Source: Takakia lepidozioides (lineage: Eukaryota; Plantae; Bryophyta). From it: a stretch of 64,000 bases of DNA. Shown piece by piece: positions 40,400 to 52,686 of the stretch (the first letter of the stretch is position 1; each line of letters begins with the position of its first letter). The stretch covers positions 76,384,001 through 76,448,000 of the forward strand of contig CM060731.1 of NCBI GenBank assembly GCA_030704615.1. The letters run 5' to 3'. Made by a program: the position numbers and the translations under genes. The notes below the pieces were generated by a model that searched no databases, had not been told where the DNA came from, and worked only from the letters and a program-made list of their open reading frames with translations.

Positions 40400-41760
40400 T
40401 TTCGGTTTGAAGGATTTGGGGAGTTTGAATGGCCAGGAGATTCGTATTGATTTGGCAAGTGACACGCCAATTTTTCGAAGGCCCCATAGATATAGTGACA
40501 TGGAAAGGTCATTGATCCAATAACGGACTATGGAGTTGTTCGAAGCTGGATTGGTGGAGTTGTCAGGTGGGGAGTATGCCTCGGCAATGGTGATGCCAGC
40601 TAAGAAGGATATCTATGGCAATTGGACAGAAAAAATGATGTGTGGGGACTATCGTCCTGTGAACCGTCAGACTAAGTCCGATAGATATGTCATGCCAACT
40701 CCAGAGGAAATCTTTGATACCATTGGGCATGCGAAGGTGTTTAGCACATTGGACTTACGATCGGGTTATCACCAGTTGCCAATCAAAGAGGCTGACAAGT
40801 AAAAAATGACATTCTAGGGGATTGACCAGCATGGGAAGGATTGTTTGTACCAATTGCGCTTCCTACCATTTGGGTTGAAGAATGCTCCTGCAGAGTTTCA
40901 AAGGGTCATGGATAAGATTCTTGTAGGGCTAGACTTCGCCCGGTGCTACATTGAGGACATCATCATCTTTAGTGCCACGGTTGAGGAGCATGAGAGACAC
41001 CTTCAGGTGGTGTTTAAGCGCTTGAAGGCGCATGGATTGAAACTGCACCCTGGAAAGTGCAAGTTCTTCCACGATCAGATTAAGTATCTGGGCCACATGA
41101 TATATCCTGGAGGATTGGGTGTTCAACAGACAAAGGTGGAGGCCATTGCACGCATTCCACGCCCCATAGATGTAAGCAGAGTTCGTGCTTTCGTGGGGTT
41201 GGCAAACTACTATCGTCGGTTTGTCAAGGGATTTAACAGCATTGCGAAGGCTCTTACCAAGTTGACCAAGGTGGGTCATGAGTGGTAGTGGGAGGAGGAG
41301 CATGATGAAGCCTTTGATGAACTCAAGGCTCGATTGACTTCTGCACCTATTCTGAGGCGGCCTATTCGGCGGCGGCCTTTCCAGCTATATACGGATTGGA
41401 GTATGTTGGGGATTGGAGTAGTGCTCACACAGGTGGATGATGAGGGAAGAGAGTTTGTAGTGGCATATGCTAGCTGCTTGAACAATGATGTTGAGGCGAA
41501 GTATAGCTCATATGAAGGGGAGTGTCTAGCTGCAGTATGGGCAGTGGCACATTTCAGATGCTACCTCTATGACAATCTCTTCACCCTTGTCACGGATCAC
41601 CAACCATTGAAGTGGTTGATAGAGTCAGACAAGCTTACATGGAAGCTTGCACGGTGGGCACTTATGCTTCAAGAGTACGACTTCCAGGTGGTGCATCGAG
41701 CCGGAATAGTCAACCGGGATGCGGATGGATTGAGTCGCAATCCATGCACAAGTGAGCTTG
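40400..41760 (+). pseudogene. Reverse transcriptase and RNase H of the Gypsy pol
   Basis: Same-frame ORFs 40266-40523, 40530-40802, 40845-41288 and 41334-41909, separated by point stops, carry the canonical gypsy RT and RH motifs. Confidence 0.92.
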
Positions 41761-41854
41761 ATGATACAGGAGCAGCTCGTTGGCATGGTGAGACGGACAA
41801 GGAGATGGTGCCAGGATGGCACGCATCTGCCTTTTTGTGCATTCTAGCAATGGA

Positions 41855-44710
41855 TGGCGTATATCAGGTTCCCACGTTTGGCCACGCATGCCAACACTCT
41901 GTCCAGTAAGTCGCACGGTAGCCTACTCCACACCTCCTTGTCCATGAACATGAGCACTAGTGGATGAAGACAACGCCCTAAGAGATCCCAACGACAACCT
42001 TGCGCGTAGACATTATCAAGGTGATGCTGTCGAGAATCTCTCTTCAACTCGGGACTTCACCACGGTCTGCGAAGGAGGAGGGGAGAGATTGAAGTGAGAA
42101 GTAGAAACAAGGTCTTTGCATAAATAAGGTCTTTGCTTACTAGTGGTTGCTTCCTGTTCAATCAAAGCCAAGAACAGTGACCCCCGCCCTACTCAGAAAA
42201 GCCAATCATTTTTTGGGTTGCCAATCGTGGCAAAGGGAGCTATGATTAACTTATTAGGGCCGGTTTACACGAGGGCCTGGCCCAAGAAATCATGGGCCCA
42301 AGACTAGAGCTTTTGGGCCCACAATCGGGCTGATTGAACTGATTAAAATATAATTTCCAAGGAATTGGGCCCTCTTCGTGTAAACCTATTGGGCCCAAGC
42401 CTAAGGCCCAACGTACACCAATATCAGCACCTCTCCCCTTTCTTCCATTCTCTGTCTTCTACGCTTCATGCTGTCTCCCATTGAATCGTGTATCCCTAAA
42501 CTATGGAAGCAAGAAGGCGGCCTTGGTCCTCTTCGTGGCCTTCAAGCGCGTGATTACAACCATTTTGGCAGTGCAACATCTTATAAACGAGCAATTTGTT
42601 GGATTGTTGATGATGTTTATGTTCATCATGGAAGGAAGAGGTCTAAGAGATAGGGAGGGATGATGATTCTATGGGCAGAACCTGCGTTGAGTGCCGCGAG
42701 GTGGCTGTCGACAGTCTCTAGTCTCTACCTACGTACAACCCCATCTATGACCTGTTTCAATTATACGGCTGTGATAGGCTTTAAAAAAAATATCTCAATG
42801 GTAAGTTTTTTGGGCCCAAGGGAAAGAGTTGGGTCTCCATCCTAGGAGCATTCCTTTTGTTGGGCTGGGCCCAAGGGTTTGGCGCAAGGGCGGTTGAAGA
42901 GGCTTGCTGGTCCATCGATTGCACGAAGTCGCCATCATCCAAGCCATGACAGGCCTTGAATCCGAGGCAGTACCCGTCAACGATCGGCGCAAGAATGCAA
43001 CAATCACTGAGTCACTGGGATAAGGCTAGCCTTTATCTCAGATCACAGATGCAAGAGATTCACAGGCCTGGCGCTCGGAGCCTTAGTACGTCTATGATAT
43101 TCATGGTTGCCCATTTTTTTGAGACATGAAGTTCTAAGTATGACTTCCCCATTGGAACTATGGTAGCGATTGGGATGCTTACACTCTATTCACAATAAAT
43201 CTTGTAGATGTGTCGTGCGCCGAGTTTGTGACAGATTGTGATCCTTTGTCATGTACGATAGGACCAATGTTGGGAGGGTATATTGATTTTTTTCCTACCC
43301 TCAGGTAAGGGTATATATGACTTTGGGGATCAAACTTATCCTCAGGGTAAGGGTGTAATCTATTTTTTGAAAATATTTACCCTTCGGGTAAGGGCATATA
43401 TAAATTTTTGGTAAACATTTACCCTCAGGGTAAGGGTATTGGGTGCCACATATACCATGAGGGTAAGGGTAATTGCAGGATAATAAAGTTATCCTTAAAG
43501 TTATGCTCAAAGGACTCTGGGCACAGGGCGTGCAAGTCGGCAAAACCCAAACTGGGTATGAAGACCAGTTTTGGTGCTCAAACTAGTTTCATCCCGTGTT
43601 TTTTTCCTTTGTATGAGTTTGGTCCCTAGTTTCTTAACTCGTCCCCACTTAAACTGGGGCAGTTTTTGGCACTTTACTGATAACTTTAATGGTACCATTT
43701 TTATATCATCTGGATATCCCAGGGTAATCATAAAGGGTAAAATCATTTAATTAATTTAATTTGTGAATTTTATTAAATAATTAGAATAAAGCATTTCAAC
43801 TGTGTAACATCCCCGTTATATAAAATTTTAATTTAACGGGCTATGCCTTTTATTTGGAAAAAAAAATTGCTTACTTTATTGTGGCTTATGAATAGCAAAA
43901 CTTTAGCCCTCATTTATGCTCCTCAAATGGCCCTAAAATATAATAACAAAACAACACATTTTATCATAATGAGGTCCAAAATCACCAGCGCCTGAAGCAT
44001 ACGCTTTGCACGATAGAGAAAATGGCAGGGACCAAGGAAAGAGAGACCGGCAGTGGCGGGGACTTCGCAAGGAGAGAGTGGCAAGGGCCGGTCTTGGAGC
44101 ACAAGCTGCAAAGAGGAACACCAACGAAGGGAAAAATAAAAAAATAAAAAAATGCTAGTTTTTGCCCTCTCTACTAGCAAATACCACACCTATAAATCCC
44201 TAGTAATCAAATTATTATACCCTCCTTATTACCAGGCCATTGAACAGATTTACCAGGGTAAGGGAATCCCTTGAAATTTCAAACCCCAGGGTATATTCCA
44301 TTAAGGGTATAACAAAAATAATTACCCCTGACAAGAGAGTAGGGTAAGGGTATTTTTGAATTTCCAGGGTAGGGTATATCCATATACCCTTATTGGGTTT
44401 TACCTTAAGGGTATAATGGCAGAAAAAGGGTATCCTCCCAACACTGGATATTTCCTGTCAGCAGGAAATGATGCCTAGCTTGAAACTGCAATGCTCTTAC
44501 AGTCCACTGGTACAGGGGCCTAATTTAGTAATTTTCCGTGATGGATCTCTTTTCATAGCTGAGGTGCGAAGGAGAGAGTCTATTGGAAGGTGGGGAGAGG
44601 GTTTTGAATGGACAGCTATTTGTGACTGCACCGTCTCATGTATGCTGAGGTGCAAATCGAACCTATCTTTACACATGACAGAGATCGGTATACATTGTCA
44701 CAAACTTGCA
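41855..44710 (-). pseudogene. Inverted duplicate of the F-box gene upstream region and 5' CDS, with internal deletion and insertions
   Basis: The reverse complement matches ~61195-62260 (e.g. DKEVWSRLPCDLLDRVLA; gcctgtcatggcttggatgatggcgacttcgtgcaatcgatgg) and then joins directly to AKRGNLIYA, which matches 62881-62908. Confidence 0.85.
43265..44446. mobile_element. Non-autonomous hAT element (~1.18 kb) with GGGTAA subterminal repeats
   Basis: TIRs CAATGTTGGGAGGGTA and TATCCTCCCAACACTG; degenerate 8-bp TSD GATAGGAC / GATATTTC; the paralogous site near 61420-61440 is empty. Confidence 0.85.
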
Positions 44711-45711
44711 TTGAAGCTTTTTTTGTTGTGTTCTGCAGGAAAGCAGTGGGCTTGAAACATTGTCCGAGCAGTGGCATATCCTCTAAACTTGTGTAACAAA
44801 ACAAACCATCTGTCTGCATGGACAGGGTCCACCGGATTCACTGGAGGCAGGCAGATGGTCCTCAAAACATTTTGCAAATACTCCAGACTCATTAGGAACC
44901 AGCGACAGGGACTGAGGACTCTCATGAATAGTTTGAGACAGTTAGGTCAGTTCTTAAAATCGCAGTGAATCTTATCTAGGAGAGTGCATTCTTTCCTGAA
45001 CTAGATTGGCAATGCCAAAAACCAAGAGGGGATAAGAGGCTGCACAAGAGTCCGCTATCTTTGATTCTAGTCCATCATCCAAAGTACAGTCCTGGTGCAG
45101 TATGCTACCTGGAGTGAAGAGCAGTCCAATCAAGGGTGACACGATAAAATGCCAATGCCAACTATTTCTTGTGTTCAGAACTCCAAAATGAGCACCTTTG
45201 ACAGGTCAAATTTGAAGGGTGAGTCAGTCGCTTCCCTGGCCCTTCATCAGGGTGATCCTAACATTGACAGCTATTTCTTCTGTTGTTGACCACCACAGTG
45301 AGAAGACGTTCCTTTCGTCAAAGGTTTGGAGCCTCATCAATCACGGTATGTGAGACAGATCACCATTGGATTGTTCACAGCCACTGTAGTAACCAATATG
45401 ATTAAGAAGGTGTAAAACCACAGGTAGAATAGAACAACTTGATGACTGATAACTGTCCAGACTCTAGCGAAAAATTCCAATGCAGCTGCCACTGAACTTG
45501 AAATCTAGCTCCAACTGCCTTCCCACCCTTGTGCAGCTAGAGCACAACGACAAGGGATCCAAAAACCAGGACCGGGAAGACTATAGCTTTAACTGAGATG
45601 TTAGTATTGTTGTCAGCAACGTTGCGGGTTAATATACAATCTTATCCAGTCAGCAAGACTGCACATCATGGCAGAGATTCAATTAAAGGTGGAGGGAAGC
45701 CTCAGAAGGTG

Positions 45712-47140
45712 TCAGCTGGGGGAGGTGCAGAAGGATGACCGGCGCACCATGAGACAGGTAATGTTAGTGGAATGACCAACAACCTTGGGCAGCGTGCAGA
45801 GCACATAGTCAGGTTTGTGCAAGTGCAGATCGAGCTGGTCTTGCCCTAGGACAAGTTCACTAGCATCTAATAGTACATGCCAGCAATTGCGCTGTGCCTC
45901 CGACACCCAATGTAGTGAATTCCGGGTGCCCTCGATATCAGCAGGGTAAGCGAACAAACCCTTGGGACTGTGGCGTGATTTCTTGCGGAAATACTGTGAC
46001 AGCTGTGATCCCGGAACCCGCAGGTCCAACCAGCTTCCTGGTGCGGGTAAAACCTTGGCTTCCTTGTATATTGCAAACTCCCGGATGCAATCCATTTGTT
46101 CCTCCAGCACTGTCATATAGTAGTTGTACCGGAAGAATGGGTAGCTCTCTCCCACCAGCATCACTGCCTCCTTCAACCCTGTGGTAAAACTTACTAGGTA
46201 CTCCTCCTCCGTCACCCGACAAAGCTTCAAGACTCTGTTTCGAGCATGCATTTCTGGCACTGAGATGGAATTATCTGGCAATGATGACTTCTTGGTGATT
46301 ATGTCAAGCAAGCGTGATGGTGCTAAGGGCATTTTTTGGGGTTCTGGAAGTCCGGTAGCTGCTTTAGCAAATGTAGGTGAAATCCGTTCTGCCAGTATGC
46401 CAGAGCTAGTGCTGCCATCCTCATTCATCTCGCCTTCCTCCTTCACACTGAGTAGTGTCTGTCCCTCGGTATTGCTGATCAAGCCATTATAGTACTCGGG
46501 ATACCTTGCTTGCACATACTGCTCCACATACCGCATCTCTGTGGGTGTGATGGGCCCTGACCATCTCAAGTCCAACCCCCGCAGTGATGAGATGGCCTCT
46601 GCTATGATGTACGGCGGTATCACAAAAGTACGCGCCTGCAATGCCATGTCATCCCTTGTGCCGTTAGACATGTACACAAAAAGATAACATCCAGAAAGAT
46701 AAGTTCCCGCTCACCAATTAATATCTTAGGGCATACCTCAGGGCTTATCCATGATACGAGTTGAGTATCTCTACCATGGTTACATGATCTCCAATATTTC
46801 AGGCATATCAACATAATCCCAGGTGTAATCCTTGTCAGATGCTAAAGACATTAATCTCTAAGATCAGAAACATCACATCGCACCACATACTCACTCAAAA
46901 GAGCACCTAACCCTCAGCTTGCCAGAAAAATGGTTGAAGTTGCTCACTTACACAAATTAACAGGACCCCCAACTCTATCATATCCTCTGCATCATATGCC
47001 CTGGGAATTCAACAAAATGCAGATGATATCATAACTTGATACAAGTATTTCAGAGAGCGAGGGATAACACCCACCTTCGGTTCCTCCTCTTTACTACGTT
47101 GCCTTCGGGCCCGCGGCAGTGGGGGAGGATTGGACCCCAT
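45712..47140 (-). CDS. Plant molybdenum-cofactor-sulfurase-like / PLP-dependent transferase-fold protein (2 exons: 47140-47075, 46635-45712)
   Basis: Open 308-codon exon with LRWSGPITPTEMRYVEQYV, FTTGLKEAVMLVGESYPF, GLFAYPA, WHVLLDAS, PDYVLCT; in-frame 22-codon first exon with a GT-AG intron. Confidence 0.75.
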
Positions 47141-48438
47141 GCCTGCCTGCATTCCTTCTCACCGCTGCTCAATATGTCGAAAATCTTCGCCACACAGCTA
47201 GACGCCCAGCAGGACATGCAGTGTCTGAGTATCTACTGCTCTACGATGGGATCGACAACCTCCGATTTCGGAATAGTTAGTTCGGAAAATGAAGGATTAC
47301 TTCTTCATTGCAGTTTACCACCCGGCCCACCTTCGAATTCCCAAGGATCTCTCTAGCCCATCTGAACCTTAAAGAGGTAGAGTAATTCAAAACCAGGGAC
47401 CACTACCTGCACAATCTACTAATAGGGAACCCTAGAGCGAACGTTTAGGCAAAACAACTCGGCAAGCATAAGACTTGGCCATAATGTTGAAGAAAACATG
47501 ATGTGCTCTACAGTAGGGGGAAAGACAATTCCAGCCTCCTTCTCCTGTTGACTGATTTCGTCAAAGTTTGACCTTTAGTAATTTCAAAGAGCGCGTCCCA
47601 CCACCATCGTCATCGTGCTTGGGCCTGCGCGTGGGAAGGCCCTCGCCCGAGTGCTTCCCAGTGCAACTGATAATCTGACAGCTGTCTTCTGACATTCCAC
47701 TGTTGCACTTGGCAGTCAGCGATGGGTCCATTTGCTACGCGGCAATCAGTCATAGGTCAAATAGTGTTGCAAAGGATTGTGTTGGGAGAATGGGCTCTTG
47801 GGATTAAGTAGGGAGAAGTGATGCGAATGTGGATGGTTGGTTGTGATGAGCGAGAGAGTCTTCTTGGTCCCATTGTTTATCCCGCACAGTGGATTCGCAT
47901 CCTTGGTGTCTTTGAGTCGAAATCATTCTCGAGGCCCCAGGGGTAGTCGCCTAATAGGTTGCGGAGTGGGACATCCCAGAAACCCAATTCAAGCCAGGCG
48001 AGTGCCTTCTTGGGTTCTCACTTTTGATTCCATGCATGAACTAGGATCCATTAAAGGATTCAAGGGTTGCAATATTAGCTCTCGAAACATGCAACGTGAA
48101 ACAGATGTGGACATTTATGAGGGATCAAATACACTGAAGCTTACTTGCCCTCTGTCAATGGTTCACTTTGCAACGCGTTGTTTCTCTCCCTTAATCGAGG
48201 ATTTGTGCTTCATTCTTGTCTCAGCCAGTTTATGTTCTACACAAGTCATCTTGTGAGTCAACACTTGCTTTATTAGCTCTACACTGTCTTGCCAATCATG
48301 CCAGAAACCTTGATTGTAAAAAGTCTTTGACTTCTTACATATAGGATTCAGTCCTTTTCCTAGATAAAGTACATAAGCACTTCACTTTCGCATATCAATT
48401 TTGAAAAGCCACAGCCAGACGCAAATAAATCCTGATTC

Positions 48439-49491
48439 TCAATCCGTGGAGGGAAAAGCATCTTTCACAGCAGAAGCAGCAGTCAAATAATTGAGAGTGT
48501 TTCTTAAGGTCTCCTTCTCTCTCTTGAGGCGCACCGCAGTGTCTTCTAACTCCAACAACGCCTGCTGCTCCACAGGGGCACCCTCAAAAGTGCTGCCCAC
48601 CCAAAAAGAGAAAGGGGTTGGAAACAATTTCTTGCGCAAGTCGTCAGGGACGTCTTTGTCAGCCTTCCCACTGACACGGTTGGAGAGACGGATCACGTCC
48701 TTCATATAGGCCTCCACCTCTGTTGCTAGTGCCTCCACATCCTCTGCCTCCTGCGAAGGTCGATCCTCCAGCCACTCTACCTGGGCCACCAAGTAGGGCT
48801 TGGTCCGCACAATGCTAACTACCCTAAATCGTTCCTGCCCCTTGCATATCATGAAGAAGCGGTCATCAACCAGCCGCTCATGCTTTATGACCTCCCCCAC
48901 ACACCCAACTGCTGCAACACCTGCCCCTTTATCTGTATATACTATCCCAAACCGCAAATCTGTCTGCAGCAGTGTATGCATCATAATCCGGTACCGAAAC
49001 TCAAAGATTTGAAGGGGCAGAATTGCACCTGGGAACAACACCAGTGGAAGGGGGAAGAGGGGAAGCTCTACTAGCCTGTCTGCCTCTCTCCTATCTGCCT
49101 GTGTTTCCTCAGATGCAGTACATTTGATTGAGTGCTTGTGAGGCCTTGTCTCATTTTTCCGTCTTTGATAAGGCGATAATATTTCCATGTGGCTTCCAAG
49201 GCTGTAATCTCCTAATCTGGGCACATGCCTTTGTGAGGAACAAATTGCTTCCCCTCGTTCTACGGGCCTGATTTCTGCTCTCCCAGCAGATACACATCTA
49301 CAGCCTTCGATCTCCAAAATTCTCTTCCCAAACCTGTGCTTATAAGGAGAAAGATAGGGCTCACTAGAAGACAGCGCACAAGATGAGGAGGCCAAACAGG
49401 ATGTCATAGTTCGTTTGAGGTTAGCTGAGGTCGAAGCAATACAGACCGGTGTTGATGACGGGAGCTGGCTTGAAGATAACACACCGCACAT
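48439..49491 (-). CDS. LON peptidase N-terminal (substrate-binding) domain protein, probably plastid-targeted
   Basis: Intact 350-aa ORF; ELPLFPLPLVLFPGAILPLQIFEFRYRIMMHTLL..GQERFRV..EQQALLE; Ser-rich N-terminal extension. Confidence 0.9.
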   Translation of the reverse strand: MCGVLSSSQLPSSTPVCIASTSANLKRTMTSCLASSSCALSSSEPYLSPYKHRFGKRILEIEGCRCVSAGRAEIRPVERGEAICSSQRHVPRLGDYSLGSHMEILSPYQRRKNETRPHKHSIKCTASEETQADRREADRLVELPLFPLPLVLFPGAILPLQIFEFRYRIMMHTLLQTDLRFGIVYTDKGAGVAAVGCVGEVIKHERLVDDRFFMICKGQERFRVVSIVRTKPYLVAQVEWLEDRPSQEAEDVEALATEVEAYMKDVIRLSNRVSGKADKDVPDDLRKKLFPTPFSFWVGSTFEGAPVEQQALLELEDTAVRLKREKETLRNTLNYLTAASAVKDAFPSTD

Positions 49492-52400
49492 CGCATTCTG
49501 AAGTCCCTAAAGAGAAGTTCAGAAGATACTCAATACTAGAGCCAATTGTTGACTATTACAAGATTAGCCCAATTGAAGCTCTGCAGGAGCTGGGAAATTG
49601 GAATCTTCTCTTAATAACCATGGACGCGATCTGACGGACATGTACAAGGAGAGAGAGCGAGAGAGAAGAGGTGCGCGGAAGGGAGGGCGGGAGGGCAGTT
49701 ACTTTCAAGCTTGAAGGACACCTAGAGATGACAACCAGAAAAACCAATGAGAGCAATCACATGCACAACACACATCATAGACGTGCCAAGAAAGGGAATG
49801 TACACTGAAAGCAGGCTGGACATAGACTAAAGAAAGAAAAAGAAGGAGAAAATAGCAAAACCCACAACAGAGCTGGAAAGTCGACGCAAATTGAGGAGGG
49901 GGAAGGACAGATATAAAAGTTCATGGACAATGCAACACAATCACATGCATGCAGTCGCGAAAACTGACGTCTCTTATGGTGGGAGGGGAGCTGAAAGCCG
50001 ATTAAACATAGAGGAAAGGGCTCTCGTGTCTTTTATGACATTTGCAACTGTCAGATCGACAAAGGCTACAAGACATACAAGCTTGTATGTGGCTGCCAAG
50101 GCAATGGGGACAGAACTAGACAAACACATAAAAGTGGCGGGGAGAAAAAGAACTCACTCACCATTGCCAAACTGCAAGTTTTTCGTCCCCTCTACGAGCT
50201 TGAAACTCTGCTCAGAGACAAGTTGCACAGCTTGACAATTCAGCTCTGCTTCTGCTTCCTTACTCCTCCACTGCAATCGCCCCCGGTGCAAACTACTTTC
50301 TTTATCCCAACAAGAGTTCGGTGCTCTTTCCAGACTGGACCTTCCTCAGATGAGATTCAATTCTAAGTTACCAATCGTGGGTCTCCTACACCCGCAACTA
50401 TATACAATGCCCTTTACTTGAGTTAGGACAGCAGGTGAAGGAGCGAGAACGCACATACACATGAACGACGGCAATCCACGCCACGAAGCGAGCTGGTCGC
50501 TGAGGTTGAGGGTTCCAGCTAGAAATCCAGATCGCAGCCTGCCCAACAACATAGCCTACCGCTTTCTTCACCCCTTTTGTCCGTCCCTGACCCTCCTGCT
50601 CTTATCGCCCACGAGAGAGACGACTCAACGCAGGCGTTTGTGGCACACGAATGGTCATCGTTAAAACTACGATAATGGACGGTGACAAAGCACTTTCGTA
50701 GGTTGGAATAGATTGGCCCGAAGGAAAAAGTCGAATCTACCTGGAATTAGACCTAGGGTTGCCGGTGCTTCCAGAGTTGCTTTGTGTCATTGCATCTCCT
50801 TGAAGCAGTGTAGGTAGCAGTGCTGTGGAATCAAGCCAGTGACAAGGTGAGGAGAGTTAGCAATGAAGTCCGTTTGCTTATTACCCGCCAATCCCCAGGT
50901 ACAGTTCATCAGCCGTTTTCCGAAAACGAGTATGTTTTATTCCTCTCCTTTCTCTTCCTGCATCTTTATGCGTCTAGTTGGGTTTTTTTCTTTTTGTATG
51001 GTTCATCGTGTTGGGCGACGTGATGAAGCGCGATAATTTAAGGATTCTGGCATAGTGATTTCGAAAAGCGAAGCACAACCAGATGAATCCTGGGGTTACC
51101 AAATGCAGCATGTGAGATGCACCTGCATTCATTCTTGAGTTTTCCTGGTCATTTTGTGATGGTGATGACCTTGGGGACAAACAGAGGTGGATTGTGTATT
51201 TTTTCGGAACCCCTATTGATTCGTCTGCTATGCCATGACGAGGGGTCTCGGGTGTGCATGTGAGAACAACAGAACATCATACTCATGCAGTCATGCCACC
51301 AGATACCCGTTGGTATGGTCTTAGTGTGTCTTATAAACTCTTACCAGGGGTGACTTGATAGTCTTCCTCCCATGCGCTTTTCTTTCTCTCTCTCATTCTG
51401 CGGGAGGCAGTTTAACTGGAGAAGATCTTGGAGTAGCAAAATGCATCAATACCCATGAGAAAGACAGCCCTGTACTGCCTGATGCATTACTGTCTCCGTA
51501 GGAGGAAGTGAGGAGGAAGCACATCCATGAGAGTATTGTGGGTGTACAGGTGTTGGACTACTGCGGCTACAGAAATCAGCAGTTTAAGAATTTTCAGGTG
51601 CTTGCTTTCTTCTCCTTCTGTTGCTTGATTGGGCAGGGTAGTAACAAGTGAGCATCGATTCTTTTTGAAAATCTTGAGGAAAGATTGAGTAGTAAAGAGA
51701 GTTTGAGGGAACAACCTTCCCTCTAGCTTCTTTTATGATCTGTGCATGGCAGCATAAAGGAGGGCTGTGGAAGATGTGTTTACCTTTAGAGTGCAGACGG
51801 CCGTGTAGACATGAGATGTGCAAAAGGTTTTCATTCCATTCTTCGACAAACCAAGCTTTGTATGGTTAATTAGAATGGTGTGTTGCAATGACTGCTGGGT
51901 GATAGAGTTGTTGAGCATTTGCTGAGGGCACAATATATGTTTTTGGATTTTGTGCAGACAAGGTAGGGTCAAGAGCGATGACAGGGCCCATGTTTGCCAC
52001 AGCTTTTGGGATTTGACAACTTGGCACAAGGGTTGCCATGAACTTGTTTATATTTACATGCTATCTCGTGCAGGGAATATACGACAACTTACCGCTCATT
52101 GGATTTATTTCATGGAATATCTGACGAAGATATATTTGTGGACAGTTTCTTTGATGTTGATCTGCTGCATGAGCAACTTGTTGTAAACTCTGGAAAATAA
52201 GGAATAGAAAGCTGTCATACAGTCAGTTTGAGTCCACTGCCGTTTTCTCCTGTAGCGAAATAATTGGTTGGTGGAAAATGATTGGTTTGTGAGAAATTGC
52301 TATGTCTGTATAACTTTTGAGAGGATAACTTATGTATGAAATTCAATGCAAATCAAGTTTATGTTTGATCTGATTTTTATAATCTAATTTATGTTATGCA

Positions 52401-52686
52401 ATTAGCTCGAAACCTAAATGGCGAGGGAGGAGTGTGCAGGGTCAGGGTTAAACAACATTCTCGGATCCAACAGCGACAGTTCAGGGCGTTGGAAGAGCTG
52501 GGCCTGCCTGATCAGCCATTGCTTTGGTTACAGAATGGCAGAAGGTGAGATTGCAGCCCTGTAATTATGCTACTCTATTTTATGTTGGCAACATGGATGT
52601 GGGCTAAAGCCTAAAGATATTATTGACTGGGCTGGCATGGTACTGACAAAGTTCTCATATCTTTCCATTTACCATAACACCTAAAG

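Larger units (their letters stand above)
36240..41855 (+). mobile_element. Degenerate Ty3/Gypsy LTR retrotransposon: gag - protease - DNMT - RT - RNase H, truncated before integrase
   Basis: Gag (EFFEELRRNYQG..ESLREAYTRMRRL), zinc knuckles CWDCGGPHVKKDC and CGICGKYGHDEAHC, protease VLLDSGAQ..YDVLVG, RT (MCGDYRPVN, FSTLDLRSGYHQ, LPFGLKNAPAEFQR, YIED), RNase H (FQLYTDWS..ECLAAVWAV..VTDHQPL..DADGLSR). Multiple stops and frameshifts. Confidence 0.93.

Noticed and set aside
42257-42885. GGGCCC/GGCCCA-rich segment absent from the paralogous region, possible MITE
   Set aside because: Only a local inverted repeat (gtttacacga / tcgtgtaaac) is visible; no matching termini or TSD could be defined.
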